A DNA stretch of 63,185 nucleotides from positions 88,823,052 through 88,886,236 of the forward strand of contig NC_068988.1 in assembly GCF_001194135.2 (NCBI RefSeq). The letters are read 5' to 3'. Of the stretch, positions 1-12,358 are shown one piece after another. The translations under genes were made by a program, and so were the position numbers. Numbering within the stretch: position 1 is the stretch's first letter; each line of letters starts with the position of its first letter. This DNA comes from Octopus bimaculoides (Eukaryota). The notes beneath the pieces were generated by a model. The model ran no database searches. It saw nothing but the letters and a program-made list of their open reading frames with translations, and had not been told where the DNA came from.

Positions 1-148
1 GTCACGCTGAATATCCCCGAGAACTACGTTAAGGGTACACGTGTCTGTGGAGTGCTCAGTCACTTGCACGTTAATTTCACGAGCAGGCTATTCCGTTGAT
101 TGGATCGACTGGAACCCTCGACGTCGTAAGCGACGGAGTGCCAACAAT
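1..148 (+). mobile_element. 3' portion of an interspersed repeat (SINE-like)
   Basis: GC-richer segment ending in a CAACAA-type tail; resembles a cephalopod SINE body from memory; cut by the window edge. Confidence 0.4.
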
Positions 149-170
149 ATATATGTGTAGATACATCTAT

Positions 171-558
171 TACTCGTTTATATGTTTCAGTCATTTAATT
201 GCGGTCATCCTGGAACAGCACCTTCAACCGTCTCCTGGACTTATTCTTTGTAGAAGTCGACTCCAGTACTTAATCTATCGGTCTCTTTTGCCGAACCGCT
301 GGTTTTCGGGGACATAAACACAACATCGGTTTTCAAGCGATGATGGCCTGGGGAGGGACAAACGCAGACACGCATATAAATATACATACATAGATACACG
401 ACGGGCCTCTTTCAGTTTCCCTCTATAAAAGCCACTACAAGGCTTTGGTCGGCCCGAGATTATAGTAGAAAACACTTGAGCAAGGTGCCTCACAGTGGAA
501 CTGAACTCGGAACCGTGTGGTTGGGAATCAAGCTTCTAACCACACTGCCACACCTGCG
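171..558 (-). mobile_element. Full-length tRNA-derived SINE (major octopus-type family)
   Basis: Reverse complement aligns by eye with 40727-41145: head GCAGGTGTGGCAGTGTGGTTAGAAG...GGTTCCGAGTTCAGTTCC (A/B boxes) and tail ...GCAATTAAATGACTGAAAC. Confidence 0.85.
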
Positions 559-585
559 TTTATATATTAATATTTGTATGTATGT

Positions 586-586
<1 letters not shown>

Positions 587-629
<43 letters not shown>

Positions 630-662
630 GCGCACACACTCGCACACACACACACTCGCACG

Positions 663-690
<28 letters not shown>
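587..690. repeat. (CA)n microsatellite
   Basis: Direct observation. Confidence 0.95.
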
Positions 691-693
<3 letters not shown>

Positions 694-980
694 GTTGTGT
701 GTGTGTCTGTATGTATGTATATATATATTCATATTCATAGGTATCGGTATATATTTTACCTACATAGATATATATATACATGAATATCTATGTAAGGATT
801 GTGTGTTTTGCGTGTCTGTGTGCGTGTGTATACAAGTCAACTAACGGCGTATATTCTGTGTTTCTTAAATCAATCATCAGTTTAATCAATACACAAGAAA
901 TTGCTACTGTAAGATGGTCGTATTTTTTAACAATTAAAGAAGGCTAAATGTAAATGTAAAATGTAACGACATGAGAATTT

Positions 981-1080
981 TACAAAGAATAAGTCCTGGG
1001 CTCGATTTGTTCGACTAAAGGCGGTGCTCCAACATGACCGCAGTCAAATGACTGAAACAAGTAGAAGAGTAAAAGAGTAT
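981..1080 (+). mobile_element. SINE 3' fragment (same family as 171-558)
   Basis: ACAAAGAATAAGTCCTGGG...GGCGGTGCTCCAACATGACCGCAGTCAAATGACTGAAACAAG matches tails at 34230-34320 and 41055-41135. Confidence 0.85.
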
Positions 1081-1372
1081 ACGGCAGTTCCTAACTAGGA
1101 ATATTCGAAATAGATACATAAGCAATGTTTTAAAGCCTTCAGTAATGAATTAGGAATGCGTAATCGTATAGGAGAGAATTAAAGAAAACGCTTCAAAGAG
1201 AACCATGAAATGGGCACTTACTGTGTGCTAGCTATCACTGGAGTTACACTTGCTTCCTTTGAACTTCATACCTTTTTTTAGTTCTCTTCTCACTCCGCTG
1301 TTATTGGTAGCTTTCTTGTCCTCTAACAATTTTATGTAGGCTGAGTGGTGAAGAGGAGAGAGGAGTACTTAC

Positions 1373-1585
1373 CGTGGTCTGTAGGATGGTGGCTTGGGAA
1401 CTGTAGGTTTCCTTGATTGCCTCTAGATGGCGCCTTCCCCATATTGGAATGTTTGTTTCTTAAAAAGTTTTGTTGATATCTTTTCCAATTGTTTCCCCAC
1501 TTTTTATGTAAATCCGCACTGTCATTTGTCTTTAGAATGTCCTTACTATTCTTCCCGGCTCTTGTGACGAATAAAGAAATAATTT
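1373..1585 (-). CDS. Candidate internal coding exon (E5 of minus-strand gene model), product unknown
   Basis: Open frame IISLFVTRAGKNSKDILKTNDSADLHKKWGNNWKRYQQNFLRNKHSNMGKAPSRGNQGNLQFPSHHPTDH ending at donor CACG|GTAAGT; acceptor at 1585 (TAG) or 1558; both give a phase 1-1 exon. Confidence 0.4.
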
Positions 1586-1591
1586 CTACCC

Positions 1592-1641
<50 letters not shown>

Positions 1642-1645
1642 AATA

Positions 1646-1720
<75 letters not shown>
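1592..1720. repeat. (ATT)n microsatellite
   Basis: Direct observation. Confidence 0.95.
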
Positions 1721-1721
<1 letters not shown>

Positions 1722-1951
1722 TATAGTCTATACATTTATCGTATCAATTATTGATTTGCAGTGCTGTGAGAAGATCCTGTCATTTCAGGTGGCGCCATCA
1801 AGTTATGGCTCTGAAATTGTATCAGGGCTTTATTCCTATCGCGGCCATCAAACTCTCTGAACGACAACAAACGGAACGACTGATAGAAGAGAATGAACTT
1901 CGATAACATTCATAATTAGAATCATAACAATTTTATCTTCTTCAGTGATGA

Positions 1952-1982
<31 letters not shown>

Positions 1983-2082
1983 GAGGATGTTCATGATGTT
2001 TTCTTTGATTTCCCACAGGGGCCCTTCAGATGAAGGAAATGATAATAATAATGATAATAATGATAATAGTCATAATAATAAT

Positions 2083-2367
2083 ATGGAAATAGAGATAACT
2101 CGAATGTGGAATCTAAAAACAGAAACAATTCCTATCATAGTAGGTGCCTTAGGTATAATAAAAAAATATTCAGACAAATACATAACAAAAATAGCAGGAC
2201 TTACAAATATATATAACATACAGAAAATTGCACTACTGGGTACTGCACACATCCTACGCAAAACACTTTCAATACAGTAAACATAAGAGCACCACAGCAC
2301 ATACCCAAGGCGCACAGAGCTGCGCTCGGTAGTGAAGTGAAAGCACGTTATAAAAATAAAACTACTG
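2083..2367 (+). mobile_element. 5'-truncated R4/Dong-clade non-LTR retrotransposon 3' end (RLE C-terminus plus 3' UTR)
   Basis: EIEITRMWNLKTETIPIIVGALGIIKK...IQKIALLGTAHILRKTLSIQ* matches the C-terminus of restriction-like endonuclease LINEs; flanked on both sides by (TAA)n. Confidence 0.85.
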
Positions 2368-2849
2368 AATAATAATAATAATAACAACAACAGCAACAAC
2401 AACAACAGCAACAACAAGATATGCGAATTTCAACTTCAGGGATTGTGAGCAATATTATAGTCGCCTCAAAAGCAACAGTGGCAAATAAATTGAGGAAATA
2501 TACGAGGAAGAAGAAATATTGACTCTAAAAAATAAAGATAAAAAAAATTAGATGTAAAACGAAAAAGGCTTGTACAATAAACTTCTGAATAAAACAAGCT
2601 TTTCCAATTTGAAATTTAAAATTGACAAGTAAAAGTGGTGCTCACGGCATTTGTAGTTAATTTAAATCTCTGACTCTTTGTTAATTTACATTGGATTCGT
2701 TACTAATTAAAACGTAAGATCTTAGTCAAAACGACGTCTAATGTTTAAAAGTGGATAGACGAGTTATTGGATTGATTTTAGCAACGAATAGAAGCCATTT
2801 ATAGGAAGAAGAAAGGATGAAATGGGATATTTTATATTTTATGACTTAC

Positions 2850-2998
2850 GCTGAAAGGTTTGTTGCGCGAATGTAATGAAATCCTGGCATCTTTGTATTT
2901 GATCTGCATTGCAAACAAACTGGATAATTGGGTTAGTTATCACTGCCTGATATCCAGCGAAATAAACATTTGACCCCGGTATATAACTGGTATTTAAA
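2850..2998 (-). CDS. Candidate internal coding exon (E4 of minus-strand gene model), product unknown
   Basis: CAG acceptor, only one open frame (LNTSYIPGSNVYFAGYQAVITNPIIQFVCNADQIQRCQDFITFAQQTFQ), consensus donor CAGC|GTAAGT; 149 nt, phase 2 to 1. Confidence 0.45.
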
Positions 2999-3744
2999 CT
3001 GTGAACCATGCAGTAATTATAAGTCAACGTGAAAGTGAGAGTGAGTNNNNNNNNNNNNNNNNNNNNNNNNNNNNNNNNNNNNNNNNNNNNNNNNNNNNNN
3101 NNNNNNNNNNNNNNNNNNNNNNNNNNNNNNNNNNNNNNNNNNNNNNNNNNNNNNNNNNNNNNNNNNNNNNNNNNNNNNNNNNNNNNNNNNNNNNNNNNNN
3201 NNNNNNNNNNNNNNNNNNNNNNNNNNNNNNNNNNNNNNNNNNNNNNNNNNNNNNNNNNNNNNNNNNNNNNNNNNNNNNNNNNNNNNNNNNNNNNNNNNNN
3301 NNNNNNNNNNNNNNNNNNNNNNNAGAGAGAGGCGGATAGATGCAAAAAAGAAGAGGCTTGCAAACCTATGTGTATTCATGCTTGTTTAGATATTTAATGT
3401 GTTTTACGATTTCTTAATGTCGATGTTGTATCTCAGATCTTTTTACAATTTACTATATCTTAATTGAAAAAATACTACGTGTCGTTTTGGGAATTCTTCG
3501 GCATTTTTTGTCAAACAGTTCTAAGCTTAATCCCTTTCTGAAGAATTTTATCCGCAATGATGTTACATCTTGCATATAATCTTCAAAACACCGATAAACA
3601 TTCTCACATACTTTGCTATAACTTTACATCGACAGATATTCTGTTTTTAATTTGGTCTTGGTTATTCTAAAGTAGCACAAAACGGTTTTTTCTTATATTC
3701 ATATGTTTTATTCTTTACTTACTTCCATCTTCCTTCTTATACCT

Positions 3745-3985
3745 TGAACATGTCGACATTGGTGCATTCATGGATGACATAGTAACCAGGTTTTGCCACT
3801 TCTCTCGATCTTCTTTCGTCCTCTGTGAGTCGGCGGAACTGAGGCCTGTCTCGTTTTTGATGGTAACCCAGGCGACGAACAATCTGATGTGGCTTCTTGT
3901 TTGGCCATCATCATGAATGCATCATGGCCAAGTTAGCTTGGCTATACCCATTACTTTCCAAGCTGTGAGTCATAGCCGTATGGCT
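3745..3985 (-). mobile_element. Decayed RTE-clade LINE 3' end
   Basis: Translates to ...WVTIKNETGLSSADSQRTKEDREKWQNLV, similar to the RTE ORF2 C-terminus. Confidence 0.4.
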
Positions 3986-4149
3986 CTATCTGAGACGAGC
4001 TTTGGACCCCAAAACTAGGCTGTTGTGAGCCATATAGTATCCAAATATTCGGGTTATTTCTAGAGTCAGTAGATTGCAATTCCTCCCAGCATTACATTGT
4101 GGCATTACTTTACGCGTATTTCACATCAACGACAGATATTTCTTCCACA

Positions 4150-4445
4150 TTAGGAAGCTTACACATCGACAAGATCGATAATATATTTTGAAAATGATAA
4201 CAGTTTTAAAGAGAGTAATCGCAGGGGTTGAAAAGCGAACAAGCTGTAACAGTGTGAACTGCAAACGCTCATTGGGTAAGAGCAACAAACCACAACAAAC
4301 TCTCTTCATTTGAAGGTTATACTTTCAAAACAGTAGGACTGGATGGGTGGTGTGTTTTCAGGATCTTGTTCCTTAGGACAGGACCGTCAATCTTGATATG
4401 TACTACAACCAGCTGGACAAAGTAAACGTAACATTCCACCAGAAG
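4150..4445 (+). mobile_element. Decayed mariner transposase fragment
   Basis: TVLKRVIAGVEKRTSCNSVNCKRSLGK and RTVNLDMYYNQLDKVN resemble mariner FLKRIITGDEKW...KRSW and TINSDVYCRQLDKLN. Confidence 0.6.
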
Positions 4446-4664
4446 CTAATCGTAAGGGCATTTTCTTTCATCACAACAATATTAGACTTCACACTTACAT
4501 GCAAACGTTGCAAAAGATACTGCGATTGATTGTAAATATTATCGCAGCCTCTGTATTGATCCCCCACCTTGTTCATTTAGAATTTCAACTGTTTCAGTTA
4601 CTTTAAAATTCATTGAATAAAAAGGCCATCGACTCAAAAGAGGATATAAAATTTCAGCTGGAAG

Positions 4665-5128
4665 CTTATTCTCTACTAATACGGGTAACTGCAGTGTATT
4701 TGTCTTTTAGCAGTTGAAATATGTTACAAACATATTTCAACTAACTTAAATTCTACTCCTATCTAAACACTGCTTTGCGCCAATGTTTCGTTATTAACAT
4801 TGACCGGCAGATCTACTAGAGCAAATCAGTCAATGTGATGACGGAATTATATATAAAGCTACATCAGTATTTAGTTCGTTCAGAGTTGCTACTCTTGTGT
4901 ATATCGCATTGACAAGAGTAAAAAAAAAAAAACTCGAAACATCGATGTCTGAGATCCTAATAGTGGGTGAAGCTGAACGAACCGATGTTTTCACACCTTT
5001 TTACCATAAGAGAGACTTTTCTCCACGGTAACTGGAGTGTATTTGCCTTTTAGCAGTTGAAATATGTGACAAACATGTCAACTAGCCTAAATTTTGCTTA
5101 AACCAAAACATTACTTTGCGCCAATGCG
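4665..5128 (+). repeat. Pair of ~125-bp direct repeats (4665-4790 and 5010-5128) containing a hairpin
   Basis: Shared CGG(G)TAACTG(C/G)AGTGTATTTG(T/C)CTTTTAGCAGTTGAAATATGT...CTTTGCGCCAATG. Confidence 0.8.
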
Positions 5129-7784
5129 TATATATATATAATAATATTAGGGACAAAATCCAAAATTACAGGTAAAAAACTCAATTAAAATCAATTTATA
5201 AAAAATTAAAATTAAATTGAGCCTTATAGATAAAGTATATATAAAATATATAAAATATATATGTGATAGTGGATTTTCATCGATGAGTTCTTGAAAATTA
5301 GTTATTTTCNNNNNNNNNNNNNNNNNNNNNNNNNNNNNNNNNNNNNNNNNNNNNNNNNNNNNNNNNNNNNNNNNNNNNNNNNNNNNNNNNNNNNNNNNNN
5401 NNNNNNNNNNNNNNNNNNNNNNNNNNNNNNNNNNNNNNNNNNNNNNNNNNNNNNNNNNNNNNNNNNNNNNNNNNNNNNNNNNNNNNNNNNNNNNNNNNNN
5501 NNNNNNNNNNNNNNNNNNNNNNNNNNNNNNNTATATATATATATATATATATAGCAACGTTAAATCTCATATATGTATATATTAGCACTTTATTAGTAGG
5601 TACTATTTTAATGCAAAATGCATTAAATTATATATATATATATATATATATATAAACGTGTGTGTGTGTGTATGTGTGAATAATTAAATGCACATTGTAT
5701 TAATTGTATTAAAAAAAAAGATCTACTAATATTATTCTTCCCATTCAAACATGCGTACAACGTAATCAATCGTAGCTGTTGACCTTAGTTCGAAACTGAA
5801 AGGCAACAAACCTATGAAAATCCGCATTGCGTCTGTTTTTGGCCAATCCAATATTTCCATGCACTACCAAATGTGTCATTTCCTAATATTAAACTGCGTA
5901 TTGAGATAGAAAGATGTCATGTCTACTATTTCTAGCTGCTTCATTAACCACATAGAGGATCCCTATTCATCTCGTGGTATGTCAGTTAGTTACAGTGAAG
6001 AGAGCAGCGGTTATAAGATTTGTATCTGGAAATTAAGAGCAAGAATGTTGTAAACGGGTAATGCCTTGGTGACGAATGACACTATTGTTACTTTTGTTTA
6101 TTTTCTGTGCGTTTCTAATTTTTATCTGGATTGAATAATAGGGTGAATACTTTTCTTTAGGATGTTGTTCTAACAGTGTTCATGCGGTGCTTACTTGTGT
6201 TAGGTTCTGTATTCTAATTAAGGCATTACAGATACTTAATGTTTGCATACACAAAATCCCCCGAAAAGGAATACTGCAAGTTTCTAAACAGTAGGAGTGA
6301 AACAGTTTAAAATAAATCCACTGAAAAAATTCTTGCGGCCGAGTGAAATACATCCCAGTTCAGGGAAATGAGATCACTTGAATATCATGAGGCCGGTCAC
6401 CACTAAAGATGACATTTCAATAACATCAGAAAGAGAGCTTGGAGTCATGTCTAAGGTCGGCTTATCTCCCTTTGGTTGTCAGTATCGAGGCGAAACACAA
6501 GTTTGAGGGGACATCTTCCCAGGAGGATTTCTCCTGCTGTTTGCCCGCCCACGACCGTGTCCTCACTGTATGTACACAGAACCATTCATGTATAAATGCG
6601 CACATAAATGTACACATGCATTACTAAAAAGAGGACTATTTCTCCGAAAAAAAACTTTAAGGAGCATATCTTTTGATAATTGCTTCCAAAATAGCACCTC
6701 GTATACACTGATTTTAAATTTATGATTCTGCCAGTAATTATTGATACAGTTCATTATGTTAGGAAATATCTAAGCTAAAATTGACACAAATGCCTAGGAT
6801 TTTTAACGAAGAAAGAAACCTGCTAAGATGCAATTTATAGTTATAATGTGTAAGTAGAAGACAAAAAATATGCAGGGCGTTCGTAAAGCTTGACAGATAT
6901 TAATTACAATATGTGTTATTTAAATTCCAGTGATGGAATTTTTGTGTTTTTGTTACAAGACATCAACCTTAGTCTACGAAGAATACAAATAAATATAGAT
7001 AGCATATATAGACACAGGCGCACACATACATATACATAGATACACACATATATAGTCATATGAATACGTATATACAAGCGTCCATACATATACGTATAAG
7101 TATGTGTTTATGCGAATTTATTAATCAAGCTGTCCATCAAAAAAATGCAAAGATATTCGTAAATATACATTTGTACTTATATATACAGAAGCACAAGTAT
7201 AGAAACTGACGTGCACCTAAGTGAGTGAATTTATACATACATATATAAATATAAAGATATTTTCTATATATGTATTTATTAATATTAATATATATACATA
7301 TATGTTTATATGTATATATATATGTGTGTGATAGTATATATATATATATATATATACATTTCTACACACGCACGCATATATATATACACACACAAGTAAA
7401 TAGGTACAAAATCATGTACATTTCTACATATTTTGTAAACGAATGTACGTGTACATAAGTATAGAAATGCATCTATCTAATAATATATATGTACATGCCA
7501 AAAGAGTCGATAGGCAAAATTTGATATAACGTACGAAACACGACAGCCATTTTAAATGAAATTTCCATGTCATTTCACTGACATTTTGGACAATGGTCAG
7601 TTTTCTAAACATAGCAACTTCTATCAGTATAAGACACAAGCACACTATACTAAGATGGCCATGTTCCAACAAAAACTTCTGAGTCGTGTGACGTAAAAGT
7701 TTTGAGGAGCCTGGCTGTGATAACAGCTTTGTGATTCATGATATTAAATATGTCCTTTAATATATTTCGCTAGCTGTATATATT

Positions 7785-7861
<77 letters not shown>

Positions 7862-7907
7862 TTATCTATCTATCTATCATATACATATACATACATACTT
7901 ACATACA

Positions 7908-7941
<34 letters not shown>

Positions 7942-8187
7942 TAGATAGATAGATTGATAGTTAGATAGATAGATATGTATATGTATACTTATATATANNN
8001 NNNNNNNNNNNNNNNNNNNNNNNNNNNNNNNNNNNNNNNNNNNNNNNNNNNNNNNNNNNNNNNNNNTATATATATATAGATTAAAAGGTAGATAGATAGA
8101 TATGTATATGTATACCTATATAGATATGCACACTTATCTATATATGTACTTACACATGAGTATATATATATATATGTGCATACATAA

Positions 8188-8403
8188 ACGACCAGGTCCT
8201 GAAAAGGTCCTGGCTTTGTGTAAAAGAACCTACAGGGGGATTATTTCATTATGATTTCATCCACCATATTCCTCTCTCACATTCCCAGAGGTATTGCGGC
8301 GGTCCTACTGCTTTCCTAAGCCGTGTAGAAGAACTCGGAAATTTGGTTTTCCAGGCAAATGTCTTGCCACACCCTTAGAGCAAGGTACCTTTCAGCAGCC
8401 CTT
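8188..8403 (-). mobile_element. Mariner-derived MITE (same family as 61748-61949)
   Basis: Degenerate TIRs (CTGAAAAGGTCCTGGCTTT / CTGCTGAAAGGTACCTTGCT); reverse complement aligns with 61748-61949. Confidence 0.7.
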
Positions 8404-8580
8404 ATATATATATATATATATTGAGCTACGAGGAATTATTTTGGAGTAAAATTGCAAACTCCATGTTTAAAATGGCCGATGCAATACGACATGCTGACAT
8501 ATCTACAAGTCAGTACTGAGTTGGGATCTATAGGAAAGAATATTCTCAGTGGTTATATACTACAATGTTATGACGTAATA

Positions 8581-9495
8581 CGTGGCGGTATTAAAAAAGT
8601 TCCCGGACTAGTTAAGTTTTATAAAAATAACTTATTTTCCTTAGTTTTATCATCATCTTCTTGGAAATAGTCACCTCGCGTAGCAATTCATTAGTCCGAG
8701 TATTCCTGTCGCTTTTGCAATCCAGCATGGAATTTGTTATCTGTAGGAGAGACGGAGACCTACTGTGATTTCCTGTGGATCTCGATAAGGGTGTAAAAAA
8801 TGCGGCATTTGAGCTGCACTTTAATCTTGTGGAAGAGGTGGAGGTCCACAGGTGCTAAATCTGGCAAATAGCGCATGAGCGGGAGTGATACCATGTTATT
8901 TTCGGTGAGAAGCTCACGAGTGAGAATAGCTGAGTGACATGGTGCATTGTTGTTTTGAAGAATCCAATTCTTCGTACTCCAGAATTCCGATCGCTTTCGT
9001 CGAATGTCCTCGGACAAACGCTCGAAAACGCTGCAATAGAATTCGTTTGACAGTCTGGCCCTGAGACGGCGTGCACATTCGTGATGCACAATACCACATT
9101 GTAACCCTAGAACTGGGTCTTCCAGATCGCTCATCGTCTTCTTGGAACGTTCTTCCGCTTTTGAAGCGTCTGTGCCACTCGATACATTGCGTACGACCCA
9201 GTGCCTCGTCACCGTAAGCTTGCCGAATCTTTCTCAATATCTTTGTAGCAGACTTCTCAAATTTACCACAAAATTTCACGTTGGCTCTTTGTTCCTGTTT
9301 TTGGCAAATTAGCAAACTACAGCATACACCTGATTAAAAAATATAAATTTCACAACTTGCGAAGTAAACACAGCGATGGCACACGGCACACTGCGTCATG
9401 AAGGTGACTGTTAGCCCTCATTGTGCACGCAGCTGTGTACTGCCATCCTTTCGCGAGCTACAGAACAGGTCCGGAGACTTTTTGATACGATTTCG
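8581..9495 (-). mobile_element. Internally deleted mariner (DD34D-type) transposon
   Basis: TIRs CGTGGCGGTATTAAAAAAGTTCCCGGAC / CGAAATCGTATCAAAAAGTCTCCGGAC; HTH part QAYGDEALGRTQCIEWHRRFKSGRTFQEDDERSGRPS joined directly to GIVHHE...NWILQNNNAPCHS...YLPDLAPVD. Confidence 0.9.
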
Positions 9496-10019
9496 TGTTC
9501 ATGCCCTGCAACTGTTACTCTTCAGACAATAGTATTGTACTCCGATCTCCGATGTCATGCTTTTAGTGATGAAATTCTGAGGTGTTGTGATGTTAAGATA
9601 TTGATACGTCTATCGCTTGTTGACTTAGCATTTTGACACTACATTGCAGTATTTTACTACTGGAAAACGATTACAGCCTCCCGCTGTGCTGTTGCTATGT
9701 AACACTGCATTGACGTGGAAATGTCGTGATGTATTGTTGAAGTGATACTTCAATGATTCTTAGCGGCAAGAGTGTCTAATCGGCTCGCATATAATGTAAG
9801 AAATTCTTACAAAATAAAATGAGCGAATCATTTAAGCAACATAACACAAGAAAGTAAAGTAAACATATAAAATAAAATACCTTATTGACTATTAGTTAAA
9901 CTGAAAGAAGGGTGTGTGTCACATTATGTTCCGAATCTTATTGCACCTGACTATATACTGTGGTAATTTCACGATGTTATGATTAGATCTTGGTTAAAGA
10001 ACACAACAAAAACAAACAC

Positions 10020-10410
10020 GCTCTTCAATTCTGTGTTCGTGCTTATTCTAACCTATGATCATGAATGTTGGGTACTGAGCAAGAAAGCACGATTACGATG
10101 ACAAGCGGCCGAAATGGCGTGTTTCCGAGAACCTCTGCAGTAATTTTACCCCACAGAGTGCTTACCTTAGAGATTAGAAACTTCCTCCAGGTCGAGTCGA
10201 TACTTGTCCGCATTGAAAATTCACAGTTTGGGTACAATGGATATGTGATTAGAATGTTGTAGGGAAGAATTTCAAGAAGGATTCTTCAAGGCAAGCCAAC
10301 TAGGAGGAGACCTGAAGGTGGACCAAGAACGAGGTTCTTGCATAATATCTGTAGTCTCAGTTGATTACACTTGGAGATCGAGCCAGAAAGTGTAATGATA
10401 GTTTGAATCA
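10020..10410 (+). mobile_element. RTE-clade LINE ORF2 C-terminal fragment
   Basis: LFNSVFVLILTYDHECWV...QAAEMACFR...GYVIRML*GRISRRILQGKPTRRRPEGGPRTRFLHNI. Confidence 0.8.
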
Positions 10411-10884
10411 CATACAGCTATATGGAAGAGGTGCCTGAGGACTCTCCCTCCACTATTCCTTTCCAAGCAGAATGTCTACAGAAGATAGATGAATGAATGA
10501 TCTAACAGTATGGTTGTACATTGTAGTGGTTTTATTTCCGCTTGTTTTTTCAATGTAGCATTGAACATATGTAATGGTGCTATGTTGTATATAGTTTATG
10601 GTGTTATGGTACAACTTTTCAAACTATTTTTGTTGGTATTTGTTAAATGCTTTAAATTGAGGAGGACATCGACCATATCTTTTTCTTTTTGTCAGATCTT
10701 TGAATAATTTTTACAATTATTCTTCTTTTACAATGCTCATCATAGAGAAAAGTCACAAGTTTACATTTATCCAATGTTACCGGATTCTTGTTTTACTTTA
10801 ACGATATTATCATGCAGGATGAATATGACCAATATATTCATGGGACATAGGAAGCTGTCAATGTATTATAAAGAATTAATACAG

Positions 10885-11085
10885 TGAGCTGGCATAATCT
10901 TTAACACACCAGACAAAATTCTTAGCGGTATGTCGTCTGTTTTTATGTTCTGATTTCAAATGTCCTCGGAGTCGCCTTTGCCTTTGATCAATTTGGAGTC
11001 AATAAATAAGTACCAGTTGATCGCTGGCATCGACGTAATCGATTTACCCGCTTCTCCAAAACTGCCGGCCTTCTTCGAAAATTTA
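10885..11085 (+). mobile_element. Decayed tRNA-derived SINE (second family, as 35320-35531)
   Basis: GTTCTGATTTCAAAT...GCCTTTG...GTCAATAAATAAGTACCAGTTG...TCGACGTAATCGAT similar to 35320-35531 and 57822-58010. Confidence 0.7.
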
Positions 11086-11779
11086 TTGTTTGTAAGCACC
11101 TCTCTACTGCAATGCCTGTCATAGAGAAAATTCACGTTTACAGTCATTTGGGGATCCTGAAAGTGGAACTGAGTTCATAACCTTTATCTGCCTTAGGAAA
11201 CTGTGGCTATGATGCAAAAAAAAAAAGAAGATTCCTCCATTGAAACATTTGTGTTAGTGGAGGTTTACTAGGATGCAGCTATACAATGGTGCCAGATACT
11301 GTTGGTTTATTAACTATTTACTCTAGAGGAGAGACAGAGTGAATTATGCCAGCCGACCTCTTACTCTGTAATTGTGCTATAATGGCTGTGATAGTAACTA
11401 ATGCTCCTCCTTGGTGTTGTTTGTCTTCGTAAAAGTTTGCAATGTTCTCCAGTGTTGTCATATCCTGGTGTTTTACCAAGAATTTTCTTTGTTTTAATCT
11501 GAGCCCACGATTTTTATTTGACATATGAAACCGACTATACTGTAAAACATTTTCTCTTAAATACTCGTTTGTGTCATAGAGGAATGTTGCAAGGCTGCAG
11601 TTTTCGAGATGTTGCCTTAAACTGCAGAATTATTTGAAACGATGTGATGATGAAATGTTAAGATATGAGAATAGTACGATATTACCATGTTGATATCTTG
11701 CCAATGTAATGTTTGTTACGATGATAGTAATTCTTGTTATATTCGTGGCTTAGCTGTCTTATTGCGTTTCTGCTCTGGA

Positions 11780-12358
11780 GTGCCAATAGACACAGACAGA
11801 AATAGAGACAGAGATGGGGGCAAGAAGTAGAATAAAGTTAGAGAGGGGGAAAATGATGAGAGAGTGAGGAAGAGTATAGAGAAAGTGAGATAGAGCGAAG
11901 GATAAAGGGAGAGAAAGGAAAAGAGGAAGAAGCGACGCCAGGGTGAAGAAGCGATGCCAGAGTGAGGAAGAAAGAGAGGAAAGAACGCTATGAAAAGAGA
12001 AAGAAAGAAAGAAAGAGTGAGAGAGAAGAGGGAGAGACAAAGCAGCGGAATCACTGAAGGAAGAAATTGTGATTGAAGACTACAAAGAGGGAGAAATAGA
12101 AAGATAGAGAGAGGGAGAGACACAAACTGATTGAGAAAGGGAAAACAAGAATGAAAGAGGGAGTGAACAAAAAAAAATAGAGTGTAGAAGAGACAGCGTG
12201 TGAAAGATAGGGAATGAGACAGAGTAGACCTGAAATAGAGGGCGTGCGCTAGAGATAGTGAGTGAGAATGTGTCAGAGAAAGAGAGAGAGAGTGAGGGAG
12301 TTAAATAAATAAGACGAGGAGAGGAAGAAAATAAGAGAGACACATAGGGAGGAAAACA
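11780..12358. repeat. Degenerate purine-rich (GA/GAA) low-complexity tract
   Basis: Direct observation; runs into an N-gap. Confidence 0.85.
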
